The position numbers and the translations under genes are program-made. A model generated the notes under the pieces. That model was not told the DNA's origin. It saw nothing but the letters and a program-made list of their open reading frames with translations, and did no database searches. Of a DNA stretch of 64,000 nt, positions 11,067 through 20,927 are shown in pieces. Source of the stretch: Tortispora ganteri. Taxonomy: Eukaryota. Every line of letters starts with the position of its first letter. The first letter of the stretch is position 1. The stretch is from contig PPNB01000002.1 of NCBI GenBank assembly GCA_003707115.1, positions 496,001 through 560,000 of the forward strand, written 5' to 3'.

Positions 11067-12101
11067 ATGGTAAGTAAATAGATGCAAAGCAGCGGGGCCG
11101 ATCATCATGGCCAAATAAATTTACAATACAAAATTTTTTTTCAAAATGTATATCTTCTCTGAAGAACACTGTCTTGTTAAAGACAACGCTCTTCAATGAG
11201 AAGAAATTTAGAATGGCTTGAGTCTCGTAATGAGACTGTAGAGTGATGTGACGCCCATGACAAGCTTTTAGTTCATCATTTTTTATTATAAATTCGAACT
11301 TAGGCTAACCACTCAATGACCCAGGCCCCTAAGAAAGTTGCCCCCGCTCCTCTTTCTTCTAAGAAGACTTCTGCCAAATCTGGTGAGAACGCTCTTTTCG
11401 AGACCACTACACGCAACTACGGCGTTGGTCAAGATATCCAACCCAAACGTAACTTGACCCGCTTTGTGCGATGGCCTGAATACGTTCGTCTTCAACGTCA
11501 ACGTAAGATCTTACGTATGCGTTTGAAAGTTCCTCCTGCCATTGCTCAGTTCCAAACTGTGCTCGACAAAAACACCGCTACTCAAGCATTCAAACTTCTC
11601 AACAAGTATCGTCCCGAGACTAAGGCCGAGAAGAAGGTCCGTCTTACTAACGAAGCCGCTGCTATTGCTGAAGGCAAGAAGCGGGAAGACGTCTCTCCTA
11701 AACCTTATGCTGTCAAGTACGGTCTTAACCACGTTGTCTCTTTGATTGAGAACAAGAAGGCTAAGTTGGTTTTGATCGCTGACGATGTCGATCCTATCGA
11801 ACTCGTTGTTTATATCCCTGCTCTTTGCCGTAAAATGAACGTTCCTTACGCTATTGTTAAAGGCAAGGCTCGTCTTGGAACTGTTGTTCATTCTAAGACC
11901 GCTACCGCTGTCGCTCTCACCGAGGTCCGCTCTGAGGATGAGTCTGAGCTCGCTAAGCTCATCTCTACCATCAACTCTGGATACGCCGAGAAGGCAAATG
12001 ACGCTCGTCGCAAATGGGGTGGTGGTATTATGGGTGCCAAGGCCCAAGACAAGATCCGCAAGGCTGAAGCTCGTGCTGCTGCCGCCGCTGTCAAGGTCTA
12101 A
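11067..12101 (+). CDS. RPL8: 60S ribosomal protein eL8 (L8/L7a); exon 1 is ATG only (11067-11069), intron 11070-11324, exon 2 11325-12101
   Basis: ATG|GTAAGT donor, GCTAAC branch at 11304-11309 and CAG at 11322-11324. Splicing gives [10 protein letters not shown].... eL8 motifs [23 protein letters not shown] and WGGGIMG. Confidence 0.96.
11150..11265 (+). ncRNA. Structured intronic RNA, candidate H/ACA snoRNA in the RPL8 intron
   Basis: Hairpin 1: TGAAGA 11160-65/TCTTCA 11190-95 and TGTCTT/AAGACA. ANANNA (AGAAGA) at 11199-11204. Hairpin 2: ATGG/CCAT with AGTCTC/GAGACT. ACA at 11260-62. Confidence 0.5.
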
Positions 12102-12175
12102 AAGAAACGTTTCATGTAGGAATATGATCATGTCTGATTCTAAAAAAGTAGTTCATACTTTATACGCAATGTATT

Positions 12176-13918
12176 TTACCAAAATAGCCGCTTGCCGTTG
12201 AAAGACGTTCCTCTTTTAGTGTAACCCACAATTGTGTACTGCCACACGATTTCACCGTCGATCCACAGATTGTATGTCAATATAGGCTGATGTTTGCGCG
12301 AAAGATCTACATCAAATTGCCCGAGTTTCTGTTTGCCACCAGAAATATAATTAAGCATCACGTCTTCTTGATCAAATTGTTCAAATTCAATATAGAACCC
12401 TGGTGTGGCATACTGCTGGAATGGTGAAGTAGAGAATTCGTAAACAGGGTAGTCACCGTGTCTCTGTGGTGGAAATTCAACTGATCCAGCTTCATGTCGG
12501 TCGCCAGTCAGAATTACAACACCACCAACCTCTTGCATGACGCGCAGTATTTTGTTCCGTTCGTGAAGATAGCCTGCCCAGGTATCTTCTTCGTTAACGA
12601 TAACTGTACGCCAATTCTTAGTGAACGGAACAGAAAAGAATACAAACTTGAAAGGCTGGTCTTTGTTTGCATAGAGCCAATTGATGAGGTCTTCTAATTG
12701 CGTTTCGCCTAGCATAGTCTTTTCCGGGCCATCTGATACTGCGTTCGGAGACCTGTGGCTCCGGGTATCTGCGCAGAAAAATGGCAAGCCCAAGTAAGTG
12801 AACTGAAAATATTTAGATTCTGATCTCATTGAAGGAGGATTGGGATCACCTTGGTAGAAATCCCACGCGTAGTCGATAGATTCTTTCACTACAGAATCGC
12901 CCTGTGTGTTGTCGAAATCGTTTACGATCTCGTGATCATCTAATATGTTATAAATAGGTAGATTCGTCCAAGCTTCGTTTCCTTCTTTTGTCATAGAGTA
13001 GTAAACGTGTCTATAAAGCATCTGGAAATATGATCGGTCTTCAGATAATGAGTATGGTACATCGGCGTAGATAAAATCGCCGAGAAATACCATAAACTGT
13101 GCATCAGCTGCCTGTTGTCTATACAGATCAAAGGCTGCTATATGTCTCGGATCCTGCCGAGGACTGTATGGAAAATGCGGAAGCATGCATGAGACAGAAA
13201 GAAAGGAGAATTTATCGACAAACTGCGGGAGCGGTTCTGTGGTGAGGGTGACAGAGCGATTCAAGTCCGATGAGAAGAACATGTACTTGGTTCCGGGCAA
13301 GAGGTTGCTGACAGTGACAGTAGTTGTATAATCTGTAGACTCAAAGAGATCTACAGGAGCAATTTCTGCGACAGTTATAGAGTAATTACCAGTATCTAGC
13401 AGCACCATTTCAATATTGAAGGGTCGCGTAACGTTTGGTGCGCGTAGTGACAGAGTGGCGCTTGTTTGATTGACATATCCCGCGCGTATGTAAGTCAAAT
13501 CATATGTCGGATAGTTTAACTTTGCATAAATAAAGTCATAAGTGAAATAAGTCAATAATAAGTTAATTGCAAGAGAAATAGTAAATAGAATCGGCCTGTA
13601 TTTATCGAAATAACCCAATGTAACAAGTACAAGGTCCCATAAGCTAGAACCGATCTCTACAGGTTCAGAGGAACCATTCTCATATTGCCAATTATAATTG
13701 CTTGAAATTTCTGGTTTCTTTTTGAGAGTTTTAGAACTGCATGGTGGCTTTTTAAGGAATAATCCTAGAATCACTAGGCCCATACATAGGGCTCCTATCA
13801 TCAAAGTAGGTTCTAATACATTAGCTACAGGGAGATGTCTGAGAAACAGAAATATACCGAATCTGTAAATAAATGACAAAATCGCACTCGTTCCGATAAT
13901 TACCAATCGAAACGACAT
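12176..13918 (-). CDS. PhoD-like alkaline phosphatase/phosphodiesterase with N-terminal transmembrane segments
   Basis: Motifs FLGDFIYAD, DDHEIVND, DTRSHRS, TMLGETQ, DTWAGY and LTGDRH; three hydrophobic segments near the N-terminus. Confidence 0.88.
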   Translation of the reverse strand: MSFRLVIIGTSAILSFIYRFGIFLFLRHLPVANVLEPTLMIGALCMGLVILGLFLKKPPCSSKTLKKKPEISSNYNWQYENGSSEPVEIGSSLWDLVLVTLGYFDKYRPILFTISLAINLLLTYFTYDFIYAKLNYPTYDLTYIRAGYVNQTSATLSLRAPNVTRPFNIEMVLLDTGNYSITVAEIAPVDLFESTDYTTTVTVSNLLPGTKYMFFSSDLNRSVTLTTEPLPQFVDKFSFLSVSCMLPHFPYSPRQDPRHIAAFDLYRQQAADAQFMVFLGDFIYADVPYSLSEDRSYFQMLYRHVYYSMTKEGNEAWTNLPIYNILDDHEIVNDFDNTQGDSVVKESIDYAWDFYQGDPNPPSMRSESKYFQFTYLGLPFFCADTRSHRSPNAVSDGPEKTMLGETQLEDLINWLYANKDQPFKFVFFSVPFTKNWRTVIVNEEDTWAGYLHERNKILRVMQEVGGVVILTGDRHEAGSVEFPPQRHGDYPVYEFSTSPFQQYATPGFYIEFEQFDQEDVMLNYISGGKQKLGQFDVDLSRKHQPILTYNLWIDGEIVWQYTIVGYTKRGTSFNGKRLFW

Positions 13919-14273
13919 TTCCTCATTCCAGGTATATTGGCAATATGGACTAGTTTTAGTGTCTAGGGAGGGAACTAATGATACTGTGCGGCTATTAAAG
14001 TTTACAGAAGAAAATCAAAGGGTTATTGACGGCAAGAAAGATAATAGTATGTGGTAGAGACAATCAGCGTAAATTAGTCAAGTGGTGGTTGAGTGATAAA
14101 AAATTGTGCGTAAATGGTAAGCTCGTATTTTATGTGAAAAGCCCGGGAACTGCGCGATGTTGAGCATTGTGAGGATTGTGAGCGAACCTGAGTCGGCCTA
14201 TTGATTGTACAGTTTTCAGTATTGAATGAAAAATTAATATCCTCAAATTTTGTAAAAGTGCAATGCGTGAGTT

Positions 14274-15305
14274 TTAAAATTCGACATTCTGGCCAGCTCC
14301 TGTCATTCTAGCAAGATTAAAAAAAGCTCGGGCAACTTCGACGTCCATCACTCCAGTGCCCACACCTTTATAGACTGTGATCGCATCAGGATTATAGTAA
14401 TGCGTAGAAATCTCAGAGGCATAAGAATCTTTAAATGCCTCTCCGATTCCTTTAAGCTGATCTGCGCGTACTGAAGCACTATGCAGTTCACCAGATTCCG
14501 CAAGACACGACGCAGCGTCGTCAACAAGAATAGGGCCATCTTTAAGTGCTCGTTCGATAATGTCCGGACCAACCTCATGCATGTCATAAGTGTATCCACC
14601 AATAAGTACCAGAAGTGTACCTTGCGCAACTGATTCTGAGTCGTATAAAGGAACATCGAATGGCGCGCACGAAAGAATGACTTGCACCTTCGGAAGTATA
14701 TCAGGAAGGTTTTGTGTGACAGCAGAAGTGAAAGTGATTCCAGGTAAAGTGGATTCCAAATCTTGAATAAGGAATTTCAAGCGGTCGTTGTCTGACCGGT
14801 TCCAAACGTAAACATTGGTGAGTTTAGGGAGACATTTTGAGGCCAACTGGACGTGCCAGTACGCTTGCAGCCCTGAACCGAGTACGATAAGACTTTCTGT
14901 TTCGGGATTGGCATATAATGAAATAGCAAGTGAGCTACTGAGCGCGGTTCTAAATCCAGTAAGAGTTTTAGCATTAGCTATGCAAACAAGATGGCCATTT
15001 GCAGGATGTGTGATGGTGACGTAACCGGCGACAGCGCCTTGCGCAGTTACAGTGACATGTTTCATTCCATAAGAGATAACTTTCTTCTCGTCTTCTTTTG
15101 AAGTTGGTTCAGCTGCGAGACTTGCGGGCATCACTAAACCTGTCATTTCAGGAAACTCGAGAACCATGCGTTGAGGCTGAAGACCACCATCAAAGGGTGT
15201 CTTAGTAGTCAAAGCGACAGAGAGCATATCTTGAAACATTTGAAACTGTTCGCTGGTTAGCGATCCTGCCATTGATTTGATATAAAAATCAGATAGAACC
15301 AACAT
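14274..15305 (-). CDS. Ornithine cyclodeaminase/mu-crystallin family protein
   Basis: Motifs LVMPA, LTGFRTA, Rossmann LGSGLQAYWH, VWNRS, IGGY...MHE, ESGEL and YKGVGTGVMD. Confidence 0.88.
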   Translation of the reverse strand: MLVLSDFYIKSMAGSLTSEQFQMFQDMLSVALTTKTPFDGGLQPQRMVLEFPEMTGLVMPASLAAEPTSKEDEKKVISYGMKHVTVTAQGAVAGYVTITHPANGHLVCIANAKTLTGFRTALSSSLAISLYANPETESLIVLGSGLQAYWHVQLASKCLPKLTNVYVWNRSDNDRLKFLIQDLESTLPGITFTSAVTQNLPDILPKVQVILSCAPFDVPLYDSESVAQGTLLVLIGGYTYDMHEVGPDIIERALKDGPILVDDAASCLAESGELHSASVRADQLKGIGEAFKDSYASEISTHYYNPDAITVYKGVGTGVMDVEVARAFFNLARMTGAGQNVEF

Positions 15306-15719
15306 TGCGATTTTTGTCTGATATTTAGTGAATGCTGATACTTATCACTAGCAGCAGAATACAATAAGGTTATTCGGCCATTGTCAAGTATTGTTACCCT
15401 GCTGGATCTGCATTGTTTGCAACCGGCATAATTGGTTTTGTATAACAGTTAGCCAATATTTTTTATATATTTATTTATCTAATTTTATGACTTCAATGCA
15501 GTAGAGTTTTGCTAGCAATTTATTTTCTCTTTAGAAAGCCGTCAGCTGCATAGAACCGTGACTAGGCATGACTCGATATTGCCCTAGCGTCTCGGGAGTA
15601 ATTTAGGGTTATAGGGCTATAAACAGTCACGAAAATGTCCCAACAGCGAGTAGGTAACGCAGTGCTGCACTAGCAACGCAACACCAACACACTCTTTACA
15701 TTTACATACAACAAGAACA

Positions 15720-16484
15720 ATGGGTAGAGTTATCCGAAACCAGCGTAAAGGTGCTGGATCAGTTTTCAAGGCCTTGCGCCGTCTACGAAAAGGTGCTGCT
15801 AAGCACCGTGTTCTCGATTATGCCGAACGCCAGGGATACATCCGCGGTGTAGTTCAAGACATCATCCACGAGCCAGGTCGAGGTGCTCCTTTAGCCAAGG
15901 TCGTCTTCCGTGACCCTTACCGATACAAGAAGCATACCGAAACTTTCCTTGCCACTGAAGGTCTTGCTACCGGACAGAGCGTTTTTGCCGGCAAGAAAGC
16001 TTCATTGGTTATTGGAAATGTTCTTCCTTTGAGCGCTATGCCCGAAGGTACTATTGCTTGCAATGTCGAAGAAAAAATTGGTGACCGTGGTGCTCTTGGT
16101 CGTACTTCCGGCAATTACTGCATCATTTTGGGCCAGAACCCCGACGAAGGAAAGACTCGTATCAAATTACCCTCTGGATCTAAAAAGGTCGTCTCTAACC
16201 GTTGCCGTGGTGTCGTTGGTGTCATCGCTGGTGGTGGACGTATTGAGAAACCGTTGTTGAAGGCTGGACGCGCTTATCACAAATACAAAGTCAAGCGTAA
16301 TTGCTGGCCTAAGACTCGTGGTGTTGCTATGAATCCTGTCGACCATCCTCATGGTGGTGGTAACCATCAACACATCGGTAAAGCTTCTACTATTTCTCGT
16401 GGAGCTGTTCCTGGTCAAAAGGCCGGTCTCATTGCTGCTCGTCGTACTGGTCTCTTGCGCGGTACTCAAAAGACCAAGGAGTAG
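15720..16484 (+). CDS. RPL2: 60S ribosomal protein uL2
   Basis: [14 protein letters not shown]..., [21 protein letters not shown]. Confidence 0.99.
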   Translation: MGRVIRNQRKGAGSVFKALRRLRKGAAKHRVLDYAERQGYIRGVVQDIIHEPGRGAPLAKVVFRDPYRYKKHTETFLATEGLATGQSVFAGKKASLVIGNVLPLSAMPEGTIACNVEEKIGDRGALGRTSGNYCIILGQNPDEGKTRIKLPSGSKKVVSNRCRGVVGVIAGGGRIEKPLLKAGRAYHKYKVKRNCWPKTRGVAMNPVDHPHGGGNHQHIGKASTISRGAVPGQKAGLIAARRTGLLRGTQKTKE

Positions 16485-16668
16485 ATATGATAGCTATGAT
16501 CTTCTTTTATTTTATGTAGTACTTTTCAGTTTGTAAATTGTGATACCGTAGCCCCCCCCCTTGGTTTATTTTTTCTCTCTTATACACGCAAAAACTTTAT
16601 TTAAATGTCTATATTGACATTTAACATCGACATCGACTAGTCACCTTTTTCATCACTTTTAACTACAA

Positions 16669-18312
16669 ATGCTGCCAGATAGTTTGATTTCACAACAACA
16701 ATTGTTCAAGTCTTTACTAGAAACGCTAGCACCATTTGATCCAGCGCTTTTGGCTGTCGTTGACGGTATCAAGTACACTGTGGCGGAGGTTGTAGCAGAA
16801 GACACTGACACGGCTTGGTCTGAAGGCATTCTCATTTTCTTGTGGGCAGATATATACTCGCCTCTCATAAAGGCTTATAAACCTATACTGAATGCGCTTT
16901 TAATAAAACAAAAGCATGAAAAGCTTTCTAAACGTGACTTTCAAGTTTCTGCGCCATTCTCTACTTTATGTAACTCAATTGTCAAACACTATAAAACTAT
17001 TCTTTCATCTTTGGTGCATTTCAACGAGCGAGTCGAACTCGTTGCTAATGAGATTGGTGTTATTATACCGAATAAAACCGATTATTTAAATGCTCCACAA
17101 TGCCTCGAACATGTGGTTTACCATATACTAATATGTATTGGCGATGCATATCGCTACCAGCACCAGTACGCTAACGTACTCGAAGAAAAACGCACTGCAG
17201 GCGTCGTACTGAGCATGTACCGATTAGCAAAGAGGTACTGCTCATACAAGGGACATGCTTTCAACCAGATGGCTTTGGTTTATGCTTCTATTGACTCTCC
17301 ACTCTCAGCTGCTTACTACTTCAGCTGTGCTGCTTCTTGTGCAGACCCCTTTTCTAGCAGCAAGGTGAACCTCATACATACTCTTGGCTCTAAATCAACT
17401 GACTGGGCTAAAAATACCAATAAACTTGATGAGAAATATGCAGCTTCATTTATTGAGTACTACTTCTCTATCCTTTGGAAGCTCGCAAAAGTCAATCAGT
17501 CTCCTGCCGACAACAATAAGATCACCAATGATGTCAAAAATATATTAAAAGCATTTAAAAAAAAATTGGCAGATAAAAAATTTAGTACATCCGTCGTTCA
17601 AAAGATCGTTGTACTGGCCGCATTGCATGCCTACTTGTACCCTTCTAAGTATACCGTCCAATTACTCTACGGTATGGCCTCTGCTTGTTTTGATATTCTT
17701 AATTCCTCTTTTATTCAATCAAAGAAATCTAAAAAACTGCCTTCCATATTGCAATCTTTAAAGGAAACTGATGTGCCAAATATGCCTTCAAATGAATCAA
17801 TGCATATCTTTAATGACACTTGGCTCAGAATGCTCAGTCCTACCGTCATACTCTACTCTTTTATAGCCGATTTCTCTAAGTCATCAAACCCGGAAAACTT
17901 GCTGGAATATGTGGAGTATCGGTATCAGGATTGCAAAACAAAAACTATGAAGTTGCTTCTTACAGAGCTATTTCCTGGCCTTGAAGCCAACGACGACACT
18001 TTGTCCGTCGTTAATTCTAGCGAGTATTTTCCTGATATTGAACTACCAGAACGTGCACTGATGCTTGATCTACCCTATCCGAGGTTTAATTTCGATCCAT
18101 TAATTGTGCGCAGACCTCCTAAATCAACTCCTCCGATACTCCTGTTGCAGATAGCTTTGGTGCAAGTCAAAGAGCTGCTTTGTCTTTATCTGAATGAAGA
18201 GAAATCGCGTAAATCATCAGTTGCGTCTGTTGAAGAAGTCACTAATTTTGATGATGAATCAGAGGACAACGAATGGGAAGAGATTTTATTTAGAGGAAGG
18301 GGTTCTACGTGA
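16669..18312 (+). CDS. Est1/Ebs1/SMG5-7 family 14-3-3-like (TPR) protein
   Basis: Est1-domain pattern LICIGDAYRY...YRLA...GHAFNQMA...AAYYF...PF; acidic C-terminal EEILFRGR motif. Est1 versus Ebs1/SMG7 orthology cannot be resolved by eye. Confidence 0.8.
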   Translation: MLPDSLISQQQLFKSLLETLAPFDPALLAVVDGIKYTVAEVVAEDTDTAWSEGILIFLWADIYSPLIKAYKPILNALLIKQKHEKLSKRDFQVSAPFSTLCNSIVKHYKTILSSLVHFNERVELVANEIGVIIPNKTDYLNAPQCLEHVVYHILICIGDAYRYQHQYANVLEEKRTAGVVLSMYRLAKRYCSYKGHAFNQMALVYASIDSPLSAAYYFSCAASCADPFSSSKVNLIHTLGSKSTDWAKNTNKLDEKYAASFIEYYFSILWKLAKVNQSPADNNKITNDVKNILKAFKKKLADKKFSTSVVQKIVVLAALHAYLYPSKYTVQLLYGMASACFDILNSSFIQSKKSKKLPSILQSLKETDVPNMPSNESMHIFNDTWLRMLSPTVILYSFIADFSKSSNPENLLEYVEYRYQDCKTKTMKLLLTELFPGLEANDDTLSVVNSSEYFPDIELPERALMLDLPYPRFNFDPLIVRRPPKSTPPILLLQIALVQVKELLCLYLNEEKSRKSSVASVEEVTNFDDESEDNEWEEILFRGRGST

Positions 18313-18500
18313 ATTTTTCTTTACGTTATAGGTGAAAATTATTTAAGATTGTTTGAAACGGGTTGAAACGTGAGAGAGTTAATGTGTTGGTATGTCACCT
18401 CAGATATGACTTTAACAGGGTTGAAACGTTGAAAAGCAGCGTTATTTTCTTTTGCTGTAATCGGTGACATCATTCTTAAATTCTAATAAGCATGGGTTGT

Positions 18501-19535
18501 CTATTCGAATTGAGGGTAGATGACCTTGGGAACAGGATAAGCAGGGCCGTTTTGGCGGATACCCCATGATGCGAGCCATTGTCCGCGTTTAACGCATTCC
18601 TCTAACGATAGGTTCTCTACCAGACCAGCAAGGAATCCACCAGCGAAAGCGTCACCTGCACCATTAGTGTCGACAATGCTCTCTTCTTTGATAGCGACGA
18701 CAGGAACGCGAGTGAGTTCGACAGAGTCACCTGATTTAGTGAAGATTAAAGTATCCTCGGTAGATTGCGTGATAATGACGACACGGGATCGCTTGGTATT
18801 CTCTTTAGGAAGATTAACAATTGACTTGCCCACTACTTCGAGGTCCTTACCGAGTCCATGAGACTCACCATATTGTGCAGCCTCATCTTCGTTTCCGATG
18901 AGGAAATCGGCATACGGAAGAACAGTGTCCAATTGATCTTTGAAAACAGTAGGAATGAATGGAGCTGACAGGTTAAGAGAGAAGACCTTGTTCTGTTCGG
19001 CGGCATGCTTGCCGAGCTCGACGATAGCAGGAACGCAAACGGTGAGATGGTAGCCCCCGACATAATAGTACTTAGCGCCCTCTACGAGAGACCAAATTTC
19101 AGGAGATTTTAGGTGCTCAAGTTTGTAATGATTTGCGGCACCGAGATCGGTTACCAGTGAACGATGGTGACCAGTAATGAGTACTGCGCATTTGCCGGTC
19201 TCGACCTCAGCGTCAACACGGTAGGCGGACTTGACACCCTCTTTAGCATTGGCGGCTCTGAGTGTTTCGGCGTATTTGTCGTTTCCGACGCAACCTACAT
19301 AGACGACCGAGTTAGGAGGCAGCATATACTGAGCTCCTCTAGCGGAGTTTTGAGCAGCGCCACCGGGCAAAACTAGCGGATTCTTTGTGAGGACCTCATC
19401 GAAAATAGGCATATGCTTTTCTTCAACGAGAATAGCGCTGTCGGCACCGAGTCCCCATTTATCAAGGTATGCCTGGTCGACATTCACCTGGATGTCAAGA
19501 AGAGGGTTTCCGAGACATAAAAGAGGATAAGACAT
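18501..19535 (-). CDS. ADO1: Adenosine kinase
   Basis: LGNPLLDI, GGAAQNSARG, LNLSAPF and the PfkB motif DTNGAGDAFAGGF. Confidence 0.97.
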   Translation of the reverse strand: MSYPLLCLGNPLLDIQVNVDQAYLDKWGLGADSAILVEEKHMPIFDEVLTKNPLVLPGGAAQNSARGAQYMLPPNSVVYVGCVGNDKYAETLRAANAKEGVKSAYRVDAEVETGKCAVLITGHHRSLVTDLGAANHYKLEHLKSPEIWSLVEGAKYYYVGGYHLTVCVPAIVELGKHAAEQNKVFSLNLSAPFIPTVFKDQLDTVLPYADFLIGNEDEAAQYGESHGLGKDLEVVGKSIVNLPKENTKRSRVVIITQSTEDTLIFTKSGDSVELTRVPVVAIKEESIVDTNGAGDAFAGGFLAGLVENLSLEECVKRGQWLASWGIRQNGPAYPVPKVIYPQFE

Positions 19536-19722
19536 TTTTTTATTATTCTATAAAGACTGACAAGCAAAAGGAAATCGCGTTAAGGAAAGACAGCTAAGGT
19601 ATTTAGTCGACCTAAAAAGTTGTTAAGCCGGGTAACTTTGTGCGAAATTTTGTGTGCCCTAGGAAGCAGTATATATAATGTGCGACGCAGATTTCGATAC
19701 GACATCGCTTGTTTTTTTGAAG

Positions 19723-19927
19723 GTAAGTTGGTTTGACGAGAAAAAAGATGGAAGAATACAAAAAGAGACGGCCATTGGGATGATGATAAACGATTTACGC
19801 AACTACAATTCTCTTAGACGACTTGTGCGGAGTAACAATTTTTGAGCTTTTTAACCCTGACACCAATGGACCGGACCTGTTTATCGGATATGTTAACCAA
19901 AATGAAGAAAGAAACTAACAAATGCAG
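19723..19927 (+). other. Spliceosomal intron of a non-coding snoRNA host transcript
   Basis: TATATAA at ~19672; AG|GTAAGT donor at 19723; ACTAAC branch at 19914-19; CAG ending at 19927. No ORF in the flanking exons. Confidence 0.75.
19772..19869 (+). ncRNA. snR47: Box C/D snoRNA, snR47/U36a-like (guide for the 18S Am619 equivalent)
   Basis: C box ATGATGA 19780-86; D box CTGA 19857-60; terminal stem CCATTGG/CCAATGG. Guide GAGCTTTTTAAC (19844-55) is complementary to conserved 18S GUUAAAAAGCUC, and the D+5 rule places methylation on the first A. Confidence 0.88.
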
Positions 19928-20082
19928 TTCTTGACGGTTAAACGTCGCCAATCAGTATTGTGGTCGACCGCTTGCCGTGGTGAGTTGACTGTGTAGGTAT
20001 GAATACGCATTCTACAGATAACGAAAAGAGGAATAGTTCATCTTGTAAACGTAAGAGTGACAATAGTACGTCAGTGCAGTTT

Positions 20083-20611
20083 TTATTTTAGCACAGCAAA
20101 AAGCTTAGGAGCGGCACATTCAGTGACGCAATGTTGTAAATGAAAGAATTCTTCGACGCAGTCTAGACAGTTAGTATCTGATTGTTCTTGTTCTAAAAAA
20201 GCCTTCACGATTAAGCCGTATAACTTCGCATTACTTACCTTCTTTGTACTCTTTGTCGGCATAATCTGGCTCCTCCATCTCCTTCGTAACGCGCTCAATG
20301 CATTCTTCTAAGTGGTGAACGAAAGGCTTGCATTCTGCAGTTTGGGCGCATTCGTCTTTGATGGCAGGGAAGGGATCTTCTGGTTCTTCTTCCTCCTCTT
20401 CCTCTTCTTCAGCCTCTTCTTCAGCCTCTTCTTCAGCCCCTTCTTCAGCTTCAGAAGGTTCTTCTACTTCTTCCTCTTCTTCTTCCTTTTACATTGTCAG
20501 TACTGCAAATTTCATAAGAATCTTAGAGATCGAACTTACCTCTTCAGCTCGAGCAACTGTCGGAGTTACGGCTTCGATGAGCTCCTCGTATAGGCTAGCA
20601 AGTATAGACAT
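20083..20611 (-). CDS. QCR6: Cytochrome bc1 hinge subunit; exons 20611-20540, 20485-20239, 20162-20083
   Basis: Two GTAAGT introns, with TACTGAC..AAG and TACTAAC..TAG ends. The spliced product has an acidic N-terminus, DPFPAIKDEC...C...HH...C and EDCVEEFFHLQHC...CAAPKLF. Confidence 0.93.
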
Positions 20612-20781
20612 TATCAAATCTAAAGGATCAAATCTATGACAGAATTCCGATTAAGTATTCACAGAAATTACAGAGTTTAATTACCAAGCAAAATATTTGT
20701 GAATGCTTCGAGAAAAACAGCTAGTGGTGTGGTTGGTTTGGGTGGTAGTCGGTCTATTAGAATGGAATATTCCTCGCTTTG

Positions 20782-20810
20782 TGATTGGTCAGTTGTTCGA
20801 CAGCCAATCA
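20782..20810. promoter_or_regulatory. Inverted pair of CCAAT boxes (Hap2/3/5 sites) upstream of QCR6
   Basis: TGATTGG 20782-88 and CCAATCA 20804-10, ~170-200 nt upstream of a respiratory-chain gene. Confidence 0.55.
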
Positions 20811-20927
20811 TACACCGCCTTGTTTTCGCTTTACTGATAGGACTCACCTGCATACACATGAATATGTAGTTTTTTGTTTCATTAATTATTAATTAGTAGT
20901 TTGCGTCTAACGAGTCATAGAAAGGCT

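Noticed and set aside
11511..12131. 206-aa antisense ORF over RPL8; likewise 41117-41791, 43255-43866, 55722-56339, 56346-56858 and the other short overlapping ORFs
   Set aside because: Shadow frames of well-conserved genes with biased codon use; no recognisable motifs.
20312..20639. Phe-rich and Ser-rich plus-strand ORFs
   Set aside because: Antisense read-out of the Glu-codon repeat in QCR6 exon 2.
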